Shown here piece after piece: positions 10,313 to 19,584 of a DNA stretch of 64,000 nt (the first letter of the stretch is position 1; each line of letters opens with the position of its first letter). The position numbers were made by a program, and so were the translations under genes. Below the pieces are notes generated by a model. It had not been told where the DNA came from, did no database searches, and saw nothing but the letters and a program-made list of their open reading frames with translations. Origin of the DNA: Actinomycetota bacterium (GTDB lineage: Bacteria; Actinomycetota; Acidimicrobiia; Acidimicrobiales; CADCSY01); the NCBI GenBank assembly GCA_016781135.1, contig JADDQY010000076.1:48632-112631 (forward strand), given 5' to 3'.

Positions 10313-12553
10313 ATGGCCCAGCACCTCCCTTCCCCGACCCAGCTGCTGTCCGGGCTCAACCCCGACCAGGCCGAGGCGGTGGTGAGCGGGGACGGCGCCC
10401 TGCTGGTGGTCGCCGGGGCGGGCTCGGGCAAGACGCGGGTGCTCACCCACCGCATCGCCCACCTGATCCACCAGGGGGTGTCACCGTTCGAGATCCTGGC
10501 CATCACCTTCACCAACAAGGCGGCCGACGAGATGAAGGCGCGGGTGGCGGCGCTGGTGGGGCCGGTGGCCCAGAGGATGTGGGTCTCCACCTTCCACGCC
10601 GCCTGCGTGCGCATCCTGCGGGGCGACGGCAAGCGGCTTGGCTACCCGTCGTCGTTCACCATCTACGACCAAGCCGATGCCGTGCGCCTCACCGGCTACG
10701 TGCTGCGCGACCTCGACATCGACCCCAAGCGCATGACCCCGCGCGGGGTCCACGCCGCGATCAGCGCGGCCAAGAACGATCTCGTTGGCCCTGAAGGCTT
10801 CGCCGAGGTCGCCGCCAACGTCTTCGAGCGCCGTACCGCCGAGGTCTACCGGGAGTACCAGCACCGCCTCGTCCAGGCCGGGGCCATGGACTTCGACGAT
10901 CTCCTGGGCCAGACCGTGCGGCTGTTCCGCGAGCACCCCGACGTGTTGGAGCACTACCAGCGGCGGTTCCGCCACGTGCTCGTCGACGAGTACCAGGACA
11001 CCAACCGGGCCCAGAACGAGTTGGTGATGATGCTGGGCCGAGGCCACGGCAACGTCTGCGTCGTCGGCGACAGCGACCAGAGCATCTACCGGTTCCGGGG
11101 CGCCGACATCAGCAACATCCTCGACTTCGAGAAGGCGTTCCCCGACGCCTCGGTGGTGGTGCTCGACCAGAACTACCGCTCCACCCAGACCATCCTCGAC
11201 GCCGCTAACGCGGTGATCGCCCACAACCTGGGGCGCACGCCGAAGGAGCTTTGGACCGACCAGGCGCGGGGTGAGCCCATCGTGCGCTACGGCGCCGAGG
11301 ACGAGCACGACGAGGCGGCGTGGGTGACGGCCGAGCTGGCCCGCCTGCACGACGCCAACGCCTACCGGTGGGGCGACCTGGCGGTGTTCTACCGGACCAA
11401 CGCCCAGAGCCGGGTGCTGGAGGAGCGGCTGGTGCGGGTGGGCATCCCCTACAAGGTCATCGGCGGCCCCCGCTTCTACGACCGCCGGGAGGTGAAGGAC
11501 GCCCTCGCCTACCTCCGGGCCACCGTCAACCCCGCCGACGAGGTCTCGCTCAAGCGGGTGCTCAACGTCCCCAAGCGAGGGGTGGGAGATACCACCATCG
11601 GGCGCCTCGATGCGTGGGCCCGGGCCGAGGGGGTGCCGTTCTGCGCCGCCCTCGAGCGGGCCGAAGAGGCGGGGGCCAAGGGCGCGGCGCTGCGGGGGAT
11701 CGGCCAGTTCCGCACCCTGCTGGCCGAGCTGCGAGCCTTGGCCGAGGCCGGGGAGGGCCCGGCGGCCGTGCTCGACGCCGCCCTCGGCGCCAGTGGGTAC
11801 CGGGCCGAGCTCGAGGCCGAGCACACGGTGGAGGCCAAGGGGCGCATCGAGAACCTGGCCGAGCTGGTGGGGGTGGCCGCCGAGGTCGACGACATCGCCG
11901 CCTTCCTGGAGTCGGTCAGCCTGGTGGCCGACACCGACGGGCTGGACGACGACGAGTCGTCGGTGATCCTCATGACCCTGCACTCGGCCAAGGGCCTGGA
12001 GTTCCCGGTGGTGTTCCTGACCGGCTTGGAAGAGGGGGTGTTCCCCCACCAGCGTTCGCTGACCGAGCCCGGTGAGCTCGAGGAGGAGCGCCGGTTGGCC
12101 TACGTGGGCATCACCCGGGCGAGGGAGCGGCTGTACCTGACCTCGGCGTGGCGCCGCAGCCTGTTCGGCGCCACCCAGTACAACCCTCCCAGCCGCTACC
12201 TGCGAGAGCTGCCCGAGGCGCTGGTCAAGACGGTGGGGGAGGCTGGTCCCGGCGACCCCGGCACCGCCCGGCGCCCGGCTTGGGACGGAGGCGCCGAGCC
12301 CGAGGGGCGGGTGTTCGGGGGGCGCCCCCGGATCGTGGAGTCCGCTCTGCAGGCGGCACAGCCCCCGCCCAGCACTGGCGCCGAGGCGCTCGGTCTGCGG
12401 GTGGGCGACGACGTGCGCCACCGCAAGTGGGGCGAGGGCGTGGTGCTCGAGCTCACCGGCGCCGGGGACAAGGCGGAGGCGCTGGTCCGGTTCCCGAGCG
12501 TCGGCGAGAAGCGGCTACTGCTGTGCTGGACGCCGCTCGACAAGGTCGGCTGA
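10313..12553 (+). CDS. pcrA: ATP-dependent DNA helicase PcrA/UvrD (SF1)
   Basis: It has motif I AGAGSGKTRVLTHR, VDEYQDTN, YRSTQ and LMTLHSAKGLEFPVVF. The ATG at 10313 is preferred over the in-frame TTG at 10304. Confidence 0.93.
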   Translation: MAQHLPSPTQLLSGLNPDQAEAVVSGDGALLVVAGAGSGKTRVLTHRIAHLIHQGVSPFEILAITFTNKAADEMKARVAALVGPVAQRMWVSTFHAACVRILRGDGKRLGYPSSFTIYDQADAVRLTGYVLRDLDIDPKRMTPRGVHAAISAAKNDLVGPEGFAEVAANVFERRTAEVYREYQHRLVQAGAMDFDDLLGQTVRLFREHPDVLEHYQRRFRHVLVDEYQDTNRAQNELVMMLGRGHGNVCVVGDSDQSIYRFRGADISNILDFEKAFPDASVVVLDQNYRSTQTILDAANAVIAHNLGRTPKELWTDQARGEPIVRYGAEDEHDEAAWVTAELARLHDANAYRWGDLAVFYRTNAQSRVLEERLVRVGIPYKVIGGPRFYDRREVKDALAYLRATVNPADEVSLKRVLNVPKRGVGDTTIGRLDAWARAEGVPFCAALERAEEAGAKGAALRGIGQFRTLLAELRALAEAGEGPAAVLDAALGASGYRAELEAEHTVEAKGRIENLAELVGVAAEVDDIAAFLESVSLVADTDGLDDDESSVILMTLHSAKGLEFPVVFLTGLEEGVFPHQRSLTEPGELEEERRLAYVGITRARERLYLTSAWRRSLFGATQYNPPSRYLRELPEALVKTVGEAGPGDPGTARRPAWDGGAEPEGRVFGGRPRIVESALQAAQPPPSTGAEALGLRVGDDVRHRKWGEGVVLELTGAGDKAEALVRFPSVGEKRLLLCWTPLDKVG

Positions 12554-12628
12554 CCGCCGCCGGATCTTTCCCGCGCTCCAACCGAGGGGCTCGACGGGCC
12601 GGGCGCGACCAACGGTCGACCCGACGCC

Positions 12629-12646
12629 GGGCACCCAGGGGTGCCC
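12629..12646. terminator. Stem-loop between convergent pcrA and the 12670..13167 gene
   Basis: GGGCACC-cagg-GGTGCCC forms a 7-bp perfect GC-rich stem. Confidence 0.3.
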
Positions 12647-12669
12647 CGATGCTCGTCACCACCGGTTCT

Positions 12670-13167
12670 CTAGGGCACCCTCGGGGAGGAGCCCGGCGAC
12701 GAGGGTTGGCGCAGGTCGACCGACAGCCTGCCTTCCTCCACCATGGTCGGGTACCGCAGAAGTCCCTCGCCGTCGCCCGGGTAACGCCATTCGCTGCAGG
12801 GGTCCACGAACTCCTCCTCGGCGGGGAGCCACTGCAAGAGGCACCGTCGCTCGGCGCCCGGCGCCTGGGCCGAGAACGCCAGCCACCCCTCCTCGGGGGT
12901 GGGCCCGAGGTGCTGCAGGTACAGGTCGCGGGCCCGGCGAGGGGAGGCGTCGGCGATGGCGATGGGCCCGTCGCGCTCGACGGCGGCGGCCAGGCGCTCG
13001 ACCTGGCCGGCGTTGAACACGTCGTCGCCCAGGCGCACGTCGACCCCACCGGAGCCGGCCAGCAGGGCGATGCCGGCGAACAGGGCGAAGCCGGCCACGA
13101 CCCCCGCCAGCCCGAGCACCACCGAGCGCCTGGTCCGCACGTTCGTGCTCGACGCCAGAGGGCTCAC
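12670..13167 (-). CDS. Hypothetical membrane-anchored protein
   Basis: The C-terminal 166 codons of track ORF 12670..13572 encode an N-terminal TM segment (VVLGLAGVVAGFALFAGIALLAG) followed by a soluble domain. The proposed GTG start at 13167 is divergent from sucC. The start is uncertain. Confidence 0.45.
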   Translation of the reverse strand: MSPLASSTNVRTRRSVVLGLAGVVAGFALFAGIALLAGSGGVDVRLGDDVFNAGQVERLAAAVERDGPIAIADASPRRARDLYLQHLGPTPEEGWLAFSAQAPGAERRCLLQWLPAEEEFVDPCSEWRYPGDGEGLLRYPTMVEEGRLSVDLRQPSSPGSSPRVP

Positions 13168-13285
13168 CCGGCGAAGGTTAGAGCTCCGACCGGCCCGTGG
13201 CTCTGGCGAGCAGCGGGAGCAGCGGAGCCGACCACGACCGCCATCAGGGGCGGGGCCGGAGGCCGCGGGAGTAGCGTCGGGCGGA

Positions 13286-14443
13286 ATGGACCTGTTCGAG
13301 TACCACGGCAAGGAGCTGCTCGCCTCCTTCGGGGTGCCGGTGCCCGCCGGCGAGGTCGCTGCCACCACCGCCGAGGCGGTGGCCGCCGGCCAGCGCCTGG
13401 GGTGCCCGGTCGTGGTCAAGGCCCAGGTGCGGGTGGGGGGGAGGGGCAAGGCCGGTGGCATCCAGGTGGCGACCGACCTCGCCGAGGTGGCTGCGGCGGC
13501 CGAGGCGATCCTCGGGATGGACATCAGGGGCCATACCGTGGAGCGGCTCTGGGTCGAGCGGGCCTCGGACATCGCCGCCGAGCACTACGTGAGCCTCACC
13601 CTCGACCGCTCGGTCCGCATGCACCTCGGCCTGCTGTCAGCCCGAGGCGGTGTCGACATCGAGGTGGTTGCCACCGAGGACCCGGCGGCGGTGGCTCGTG
13701 CCCACATCGACCCGATCGACGGTCTCACCACGGCCCAGTGCCGTACGTGGGTGGCGGCCGCCGGGTTGGCGGACGACGTGGCCGAGGGGGTCATCGAGGT
13801 GCTCGGGCGCCTGTGGACCGCCTACGCCGAGGGCGACGCCGAGCTGGTGGAGGTGAACCCTCTGGTGGTCACCGGCGAGGGCGAGCTGCTCGCTCTCGAC
13901 GCCAAGGTCACCCTGGACGAGAGCGCCGCCTACCGCCACCCGGAGTGGGGCGGCTATGCCGCCACCCAGGCCGGTGACGAGAGGGAGCAGGCGGCCCGGG
14001 CCCGGGGCCTGCAGTACGTGGGTCTCGACGGCACCGTCGGCATCATCGCCAACGGGGCCGGGCTGGCCATGAGCACGCTCGACGTGGTCGATCAGGTGGG
14101 AGGCTCGCCGGCCAACTTCCTCGACATCGGCGGGGGGGCCAAGGCCGAGGCCATGGCCGCCGCCCTCGAGGTGGTCAATGCCGACCGCAAGGTGGCCGCC
14201 ATCTTCGTGAACATCTTCGGTGGCATCACCCGCGGAGAGGAGGTCGCCACCGGCATCGTCACCGCGCTGGAGCAGGTCGACCTCGCCTCGCCGATCGTGG
14301 TCCGCCTCGACGGGACCAACGCCGCTGAGGGCCGGGCCATCCTCGCCCGCCACGAGTCCGATCGCCTGGTGTCTCGGCCCACGATGGTGGAGGCGGCCGA
14401 GACCGCCGTCGCCCTGGCGGCGCGAAGGACGGCACGCCCGTGA
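13286..14443 (+). CDS. sucC: Succinyl-CoA ligase (ADP-forming) beta subunit
   Basis: It contains MDLFEYHGKELLASFGVPVP..., the ATP-grasp segment VVVKAQVRVGGRGKAGGI, and NIFGGITR. Confidence 0.95.
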   Translation: MDLFEYHGKELLASFGVPVPAGEVAATTAEAVAAGQRLGCPVVVKAQVRVGGRGKAGGIQVATDLAEVAAAAEAILGMDIRGHTVERLWVERASDIAAEHYVSLTLDRSVRMHLGLLSARGGVDIEVVATEDPAAVARAHIDPIDGLTTAQCRTWVAAAGLADDVAEGVIEVLGRLWTAYAEGDAELVEVNPLVVTGEGELLALDAKVTLDESAAYRHPEWGGYAATQAGDEREQAARARGLQYVGLDGTVGIIANGAGLAMSTLDVVDQVGGSPANFLDIGGGAKAEAMAAALEVVNADRKVAAIFVNIFGGITRGEEVATGIVTALEQVDLASPIVVRLDGTNAAEGRAILARHESDRLVSRPTMVEAAETAVALAARRTARP

Positions 14444-15327
14444 CGATCCTCGTCGACGAGACGGCCAAGGTGCTCTACCAGGGTCTCACCGGCAGCCAGG
14501 GGCGCTTCTACGGCCTGCGCAACCGCGCCTACGGGACCCAGGTGGTGGCCGGCACCAACCCCCGCAAAGCCGGGACCGACGTCGACGGTGTCCCCGTCTT
14601 CGCCACCGTGGCCGACGCGGTAACGGCCACCGGGGCGACCGTCTCGTGCATCTTCATCCCCGCCCCGGGGGTGGAGGCCGCGGTCCTGGAGGCGGCCGGG
14701 GCGGGCCTGGAGCTGGTGGTGGTCATCACCGAGGGGGTGCCCACCCACGACCAGGCCCGCCTTTTCCGCACGCTGGTGCGGGACTTCCCGGGGACGCGCC
14801 TGCTCGGGCCCAACTGCCCCGGGGTCATCAGCCCAGGGCGGTGCAACATCGGCATCACCGCCGGCGAGATCGCCATGGGCGGGGGCCCGGTCGGCATCGT
14901 CAGCCGCTCGGGCACGCTGACCTATCAGGCCCTCCACGACCTCACCCGGGCGGGCATCGGGCAGACCACCTGCGTGGGCATCGGTGGCGATCCCGTCCCC
15001 GGGACCACCTTCGTCGACTGCCTGGCCGCCTTCGAGGCCGACCCCGACACCAAGGTCGTGCTGCTCATCGGCGAGATCGGGGGCTCGGCCGAGGAGGAGG
15101 CGGCCGAGTTCGTGGCCGGGGAGATGACGACGCCGGTGGTCGCCTACGTCGCCGGGGTGACCGCACCTCCGGGCCGGCGCATGGGCCATGCCGGGGCCAT
15201 CGTGTCGGGCACCCGGGGCACCGCCCAGGCCAAGATCGACGCCCTCCGGCGCGCCGGCGCCGCCGTGGCTCGCAACCCGAGCGAGGCCGCCGCCCTGGTG
15301 GCCGAGGCGGTGGCCGGCCTGGCCTGA
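14440..15327 (+). CDS. sucD: Succinyl-CoA ligase alpha subunit
   Basis: It contains QGLTGSQGRF, the SRSGTLTYQ motif and the phosphohistidine loop MGHAGAIV. Its GTG start overlaps the sucC stop. Confidence 0.96.
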   Translation: MTILVDETAKVLYQGLTGSQGRFYGLRNRAYGTQVVAGTNPRKAGTDVDGVPVFATVADAVTATGATVSCIFIPAPGVEAAVLEAAGAGLELVVVITEGVPTHDQARLFRTLVRDFPGTRLLGPNCPGVISPGRCNIGITAGEIAMGGGPVGIVSRSGTLTYQALHDLTRAGIGQTTCVGIGGDPVPGTTFVDCLAAFEADPDTKVVLLIGEIGGSAEEEAAEFVAGEMTTPVVAYVAGVTAPPGRRMGHAGAIVSGTRGTAQAKIDALRRAGAAVARNPSEAAALVAEAVAGLA

Positions 15328-15397
15328 TCACTGCCTGGTAGCGAAGGGCTCAGGGAACGGGGAAGGCGAGCTGGCGACGCTGGTACGGTCGGGTCCG

Positions 15398-15961
15398 GTG
15401 CGCATCGGGGTGCTGGCGTCGGGGAGCGGGACGATCCTCGAGGCCATCCTCTCCGCCGGGATCGACGTCAGCGTGGTGGTGGTGGACCGGGCCTGCCGAG
15501 CCACCGCGGTGGCCGGGAGGGCCGGGGTACCGGCCGAGGTGGTGCGACGGGCGAGCTTCGGGCCCGACTTCGACCGCCTCGACTACACCCACCGCATCGT
15601 CGACGCCCTGGAGGCTCATCGGGTCGAGCTGGTGGTCATGGCCGGCTTCGGCACCGTGCTCGACAAGCCGGTGCACGACGCCTTCCCCGGCCGCATTCTC
15701 AACACCCACCCCGCCCTGCTGCCGGCGTTCCCGGGGTGGCATGCGGTGGAGCAGGCGTTGGAGGCGGGGGTGCAGGTGTCCGGCTGCACGGTGCACCTGG
15801 CCACCCTCGAGGTCGACGCCGGGCCCATCCTGGCCCAAGAAGCGGTCCCGGTGCTGCCGGGGGACACCGCCGCCAGCCTGCACGAGCGCATCAAGACCGT
15901 CGAGCGGGACCTCTACCCCCGTACCATCCGCGCCTTCGTCGACCAGGTGGGCTCGCCGTGA
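15398..15961 (+). CDS. purN: Phosphoribosylglycinamide formyltransferase
   Basis: It contains VRIGVLASGSGTILEAIL..., NTHPALLPAFPG and SGCTVHLATLEVDAGPILAQ. The GTG at 15398 is the start chosen, but an earlier start is possible. Confidence 0.88.
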   Translation: MRIGVLASGSGTILEAILSAGIDVSVVVVDRACRATAVAGRAGVPAEVVRRASFGPDFDRLDYTHRIVDALEAHRVELVVMAGFGTVLDKPVHDAFPGRILNTHPALLPAFPGWHAVEQALEAGVQVSGCTVHLATLEVDAGPILAQEAVPVLPGDTAASLHERIKTVERDLYPRTIRAFVDQVGSP

Positions 15962-17484
15962 GGGCGTTGCTGTCGGTCTACGACAAGACCGGCGTGGTCG
16001 AGCTGGCGGCGGCGCTGGTCGAGCTCGGCTGGGAGCTGGTGTCGAGCGGTGGCACGGCCCGGGCCATCGTCGGAGCGGGCCTTCCGGTGGTCCCGGTCGA
16101 GGACGTCACCGGTTCCCCGGAGATGCTCGGGCACCGGGTCGTCACCTTGCACCCGGCCCTGCACGCCGGCATCCTCGCCGATCGGAGCGACCCCTCCCAC
16201 GCCGCCGACCTCCAGCGCTTCGGCATCACGCCCATCGACTTGGTGGTGAGCAACCTGTACCCCTTCCGCTCCGACCCGTCCGTCGAGATGATCGACATCG
16301 GTGGGCCGGCCATGGTGCGGGCGGCGGCCAAGAACCACGGGTCGGTGGCAGTGGTGGTCGACCCCGGCGACTACCGCCCAGTGGTCGACGAGCTGCGGGA
16401 GTCGGGTTCGCTGTCGGCGGGCACGCGGAGGCGCCTGGCCCGAACCGCCTTCGCCCACACCGCCGCCTACGACGCTGCCATCGTGGGGTGGTTCGACGCC
16501 GTCGGCGGCGAGGCCGGTGTGGCCGGCACCCTGCCTCCCACCATCCACCTCGCCCTCGAGCGAGCCCAGGAGCTGCGCTACGGAGAGAACCCCCAGCAGG
16601 CGGGGGCCCGCTACCGGGCGATGGGCACCACCAGCTGGTGGGACGGGGTCGTCCAGCACCAGGGCCTGCCGCTGTCGTACCTGAACCTCTACGACGCCGA
16701 CGCCGCCTGGGGGCTGGTGCACGACCTGGCGTTGCTCCAGGCGGGGACGGCGGTGGCCATCGTCAAGCACGCCAACCCGTGCGGCGCGGCGGTGGCCGCT
16801 GATGTGGCCACCGCCTACCAGGGCGCTTTGGAGGGCGACGAGCAGGCGGCGTTCGGCGGGATCGTCGCCCTCGGGGACGTCGTCGACACCGCCACCGCGG
16901 AACGCATGGCCGCCGGCCCCCAGGCCGACGTCGTCATCGCCCCAGGCTACGACGACGGGGTGGTCGAGGTCCTGCGGGCCCGGCGCAAGAACACCCGGGT
17001 GCTCTCGGCGCCGCCTCCCGAGGCCGACCCCGTGCAGCTGCGCCAAGTCGCCGGAGGGTTCCTCGGCCAGGACCGGCCTCGGGTGGCCACCGGTCGAGCT
17101 GACTGGCGGGTGGTCACCAAGGTGACGCCCACCGACGGGCAGTGGGGCGACGCCGAGCTGGCCTGGCGCCTGTGCGGCCACGTGACGTCCAACTGTGTGG
17201 TGCTGGTGGAGGGCGGCCGGGCGGTGGGCATCGGCGCCGGCCAACAGAGCCGCGTGGGAGCGGCCGAGATCGCCACCGCCAGAGCCCGCGGTCGAGCGGC
17301 AGGCGGCGCCTCGGCCACCGACGGCTTCTACCCCTTCCCCGACGGCGTGGAGGCCGCCGCCGCCGCCGGCGTGGCCGTCGTGGTGCAACCCGGCGGTTCG
17401 GTGCGCGACGACGAGGTCAGCGCCGCCGCCGACCGCCTGGGCCTGGCCATGGTCCTCACCGGGGAGCGCCTGTTCCGGCACTAG
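15958..17484 (+). CDS. purH: Bifunctional AICAR formyltransferase / IMP cyclohydrolase
   Basis: It contains [55 protein letters not shown], and ends ...TGERLFRH. Its GTG overlaps the purN stop (GTGA). Confidence 0.96.
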   Translation: MRALLSVYDKTGVVELAAALVELGWELVSSGGTARAIVGAGLPVVPVEDVTGSPEMLGHRVVTLHPALHAGILADRSDPSHAADLQRFGITPIDLVVSNLYPFRSDPSVEMIDIGGPAMVRAAAKNHGSVAVVVDPGDYRPVVDELRESGSLSAGTRRRLARTAFAHTAAYDAAIVGWFDAVGGEAGVAGTLPPTIHLALERAQELRYGENPQQAGARYRAMGTTSWWDGVVQHQGLPLSYLNLYDADAAWGLVHDLALLQAGTAVAIVKHANPCGAAVAADVATAYQGALEGDEQAAFGGIVALGDVVDTATAERMAAGPQADVVIAPGYDDGVVEVLRARRKNTRVLSAPPPEADPVQLRQVAGGFLGQDRPRVATGRADWRVVTKVTPTDGQWGDAELAWRLCGHVTSNCVVLVEGGRAVGIGAGQQSRVGAAEIATARARGRAAGGASATDGFYPFPDGVEAAAAAGVAVVVQPGGSVRDDEVSAAADRLGLAMVLTGERLFRH

Positions 17485-17745
17485 CGGTTTCGGCCTCACT
17501 CGTTCGCCTCGCTCACTCCGTCGGCCGAGAAGATCGTGCTGCCGCCCGGCGGTCGAGCCGCAGGGCCGCCGTGACGACTCCTCTGGCTCGCTTGCGCTCG
17601 CCGTGCTCGCCGGCCAGGAGGACAGGGGCCGCCTTCGGCGGCGGCGGCGGGGGTCGCCGGCGGGCGGGGCTCGCTCGCTGCGCTTCGCTCGGCAGTTCTC
17701 CTGCTCGTCTTGTTGGCCGACAGCGGGGCCGTAGTGTTCCGCTGC

Positions 17746-18603
17746 GTGACCGCCGTGCTCATGCCCGGAGGGCCGGTGGCCGAGGCCGTCTTTGCCGACC
17801 TCCGTCCTCGGGTGGATGCCCTGGTGGCCGCCGGTCACCGCCCCGGGCTCGGGACCATCCTGGTCGGCGACGACCCGGCCAGCGCGGGCTACATCCGCAT
17901 GAAGCAGGAGCGCTGCGCCGAGATGGGCATCGACTCGCCCCACCAGCACCTCGGCGCCGGGATCACCCAGGACGAGCTGGTGGAGGCCATCCGCCGCTTC
18001 AACGACGACGACGCCGTTGACGCCATGCTCGTCCAGCACCCCACCCCGGCCCACCTCGACTACGAGGCGGCGCTGTTGGCCATGGACCCCGACAAGGACG
18101 CCGACGGCCTGCACCCGCTCAACCTCGGCCGTTTGGCTCTGTCGCTGCCCGGGCCGGTGCCGTGCACCCCGGCGGGGATCGAGGCCCTGCTCGCCCACTA
18201 CGACATCCCGGTGGCCGGCCGCCACGTGGTGGTGCTGGGGCGGGGGTTCACCCTGGGCCGGCCTCTGGCCCTGCTGCTGACCCAGAAGCGCCCGACGGCC
18301 AACGCTGCCCTCACCGTGGTCCACACCGGCGTGCTCAACTGGGCCGAGCACACCCGCCGGGCCGACATCGTCATCGCCGCCGCCGGCGTGCCCGGCATCC
18401 TGCGCCCCGAGCACGTCCGTGCCGGGACGGTGGTGGTCGGTGGTGGCGTGCGCTACGAAGGCCGCCGGGTGCTTCCCGACGTCGACGAATCGGTGGCCGA
18501 GGTCGCCGGGTGGATCACCCCGAGGGTCGGAGGCGTGGGGCCGACGACGGTGGCCATGTTGCTGGCCAACGCCGTTGCCGCCGCCGAGCGCCGGGCCCGG
18601 TAA
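17746..18603 (+). CDS. folD: Bifunctional methylenetetrahydrofolate dehydrogenase / methenyl-THF cyclohydrolase
   Basis: It contains GLGTILVGDDPASAGYIRMK, DADGLHPLNLGRL, PCTPAGI, and GGVGPTTVAML. The start could be GTG 17746 or ATG 17761. Confidence 0.93.
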   Translation: MTAVLMPGGPVAEAVFADLRPRVDALVAAGHRPGLGTILVGDDPASAGYIRMKQERCAEMGIDSPHQHLGAGITQDELVEAIRRFNDDDAVDAMLVQHPTPAHLDYEAALLAMDPDKDADGLHPLNLGRLALSLPGPVPCTPAGIEALLAHYDIPVAGRHVVVLGRGFTLGRPLALLLTQKRPTANAALTVVHTGVLNWAEHTRRADIVIAAAGVPGILRPEHVRAGTVVVGGGVRYEGRRVLPDVDESVAEVAGWITPRVGGVGPTTVAMLLANAVAAAERRAR

Positions 18604-18663
18604 CGAAGGCGGGCGAGAAGGTCTCGGCCACCATGGTCGGTCCTCGCCCTTGCCGAGCCCGGG

Positions 18664-19584
18664 TCAGGGACCGCTGGGCTCGAACTGGTCGAGGGCGAGG
18701 AGCTGGTACTCCCAGGGACACGAGCTCGCCTCGTCCCGGCAGGTGAGCGGGACCGCCGCCGCCGAGGGGGCTCGGCTGACCCGGGCCCGCCACGTGGTGG
18801 CGCTGGGCGTGGCGAAGGAGACCTCGACCACGTCGTCGTGCACCCCCCGAACCGCGGTCACCACCAGGGCGGACATCGCCCGCAGTCCGCTGGCCCGTCG
18901 CACGAACAACTCGGCGGCCTGCACCAGGGGCGGGTGGCACGAGCGTCCCCTGAGGTGGTCGAGGTCGAGGAGCCCGACGGCGTAGTCGCTGGCCAGCACC
19001 GGTCCGGTCGAGGGGTCGACGCGGCCGAAGTAGGTGCCTTCGGGCAGGCAGACCAGGTTGGCGGCGAAGCGGTCACCGCCGATGTGGGAGCACTCCCACA
19101 CGTCGCCCACTCCGGCCGCGGCCAGGGCGCGCACGAGGGGACGCCCGAAGTCGGCGCAGCAGCGGTCGTGGCGTCCGTTGGTGCAGACCAGGTACACCGG
19201 AGCGTCCCTGCGTTCGCCCAGCCCCGGTGCCCGGTCGGCGGCCAACGCGGTGAGATCGAGATCGAGCACCTCGGCCGGATCGTCTACCTCGAGCGCCTCC
19301 AGCCAACTGCGCCGAGCGCCGGAGTGGGCGAGGTAGCAGCGGCGGGGGCCGGTCGAGCGATGGCCGCCGGGGCGGCGGATGAGCAGAGGCCGGACCTGCC
19401 ACCGGCGGCACCGCTCGACGATCGCCGCGCCTACCCGACGGTCGAGGTCGCTCTCCACCAGGGCGTGGCGTCCCCAGGCGCCGGGCTGCTCGAGCACCAG
19501 CCAGGCTCGCACCCGGGACGCGGTGGCGAGGAGGGCGTCGCCCCGGGCCGCGGCCGCTGCGGCGCACGGCACTCCCTCAAGCAC
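18664..19584 (-). CDS. Sucrase/ferredoxin-like (thioredoxin-like [2Fe-2S]) family protein
   Basis: Cys motifs VCTNGRHDRCCADFG and ECSHIGGDRFA are typical of the Suc_Fer-like family. Its GTG start overlaps the upstream cupin stop by 8 nt (19577..19584). Confidence 0.72.
   Translation of the reverse strand: MLEGVPCAAAAAARGDALLATASRVRAWLVLEQPGAWGRHALVESDLDRRVGAAIVERCRRWQVRPLLIRRPGGHRSTGPRRCYLAHSGARRSWLEALEVDDPAEVLDLDLTALAADRAPGLGERRDAPVYLVCTNGRHDRCCADFGRPLVRALAAAGVGDVWECSHIGGDRFAANLVCLPEGTYFGRVDPSTGPVLASDYAVGLLDLDHLRGRSCHPPLVQAAELFVRRASGLRAMSALVVTAVRGVHDDVVEVSFATPSATTWRARVSRAPSAAAVPLTCRDEASSCPWEYQLLALDQFEPSGP

Noticed and set aside
17485-17745. A ZTP (pfl) riboswitch upstream of folD.
   Set aside because: The conserved ZTP core segments (GACTGGCG-type 5' domain and the CCGCCTGGGC 3' pseudoknot strand) are not present.
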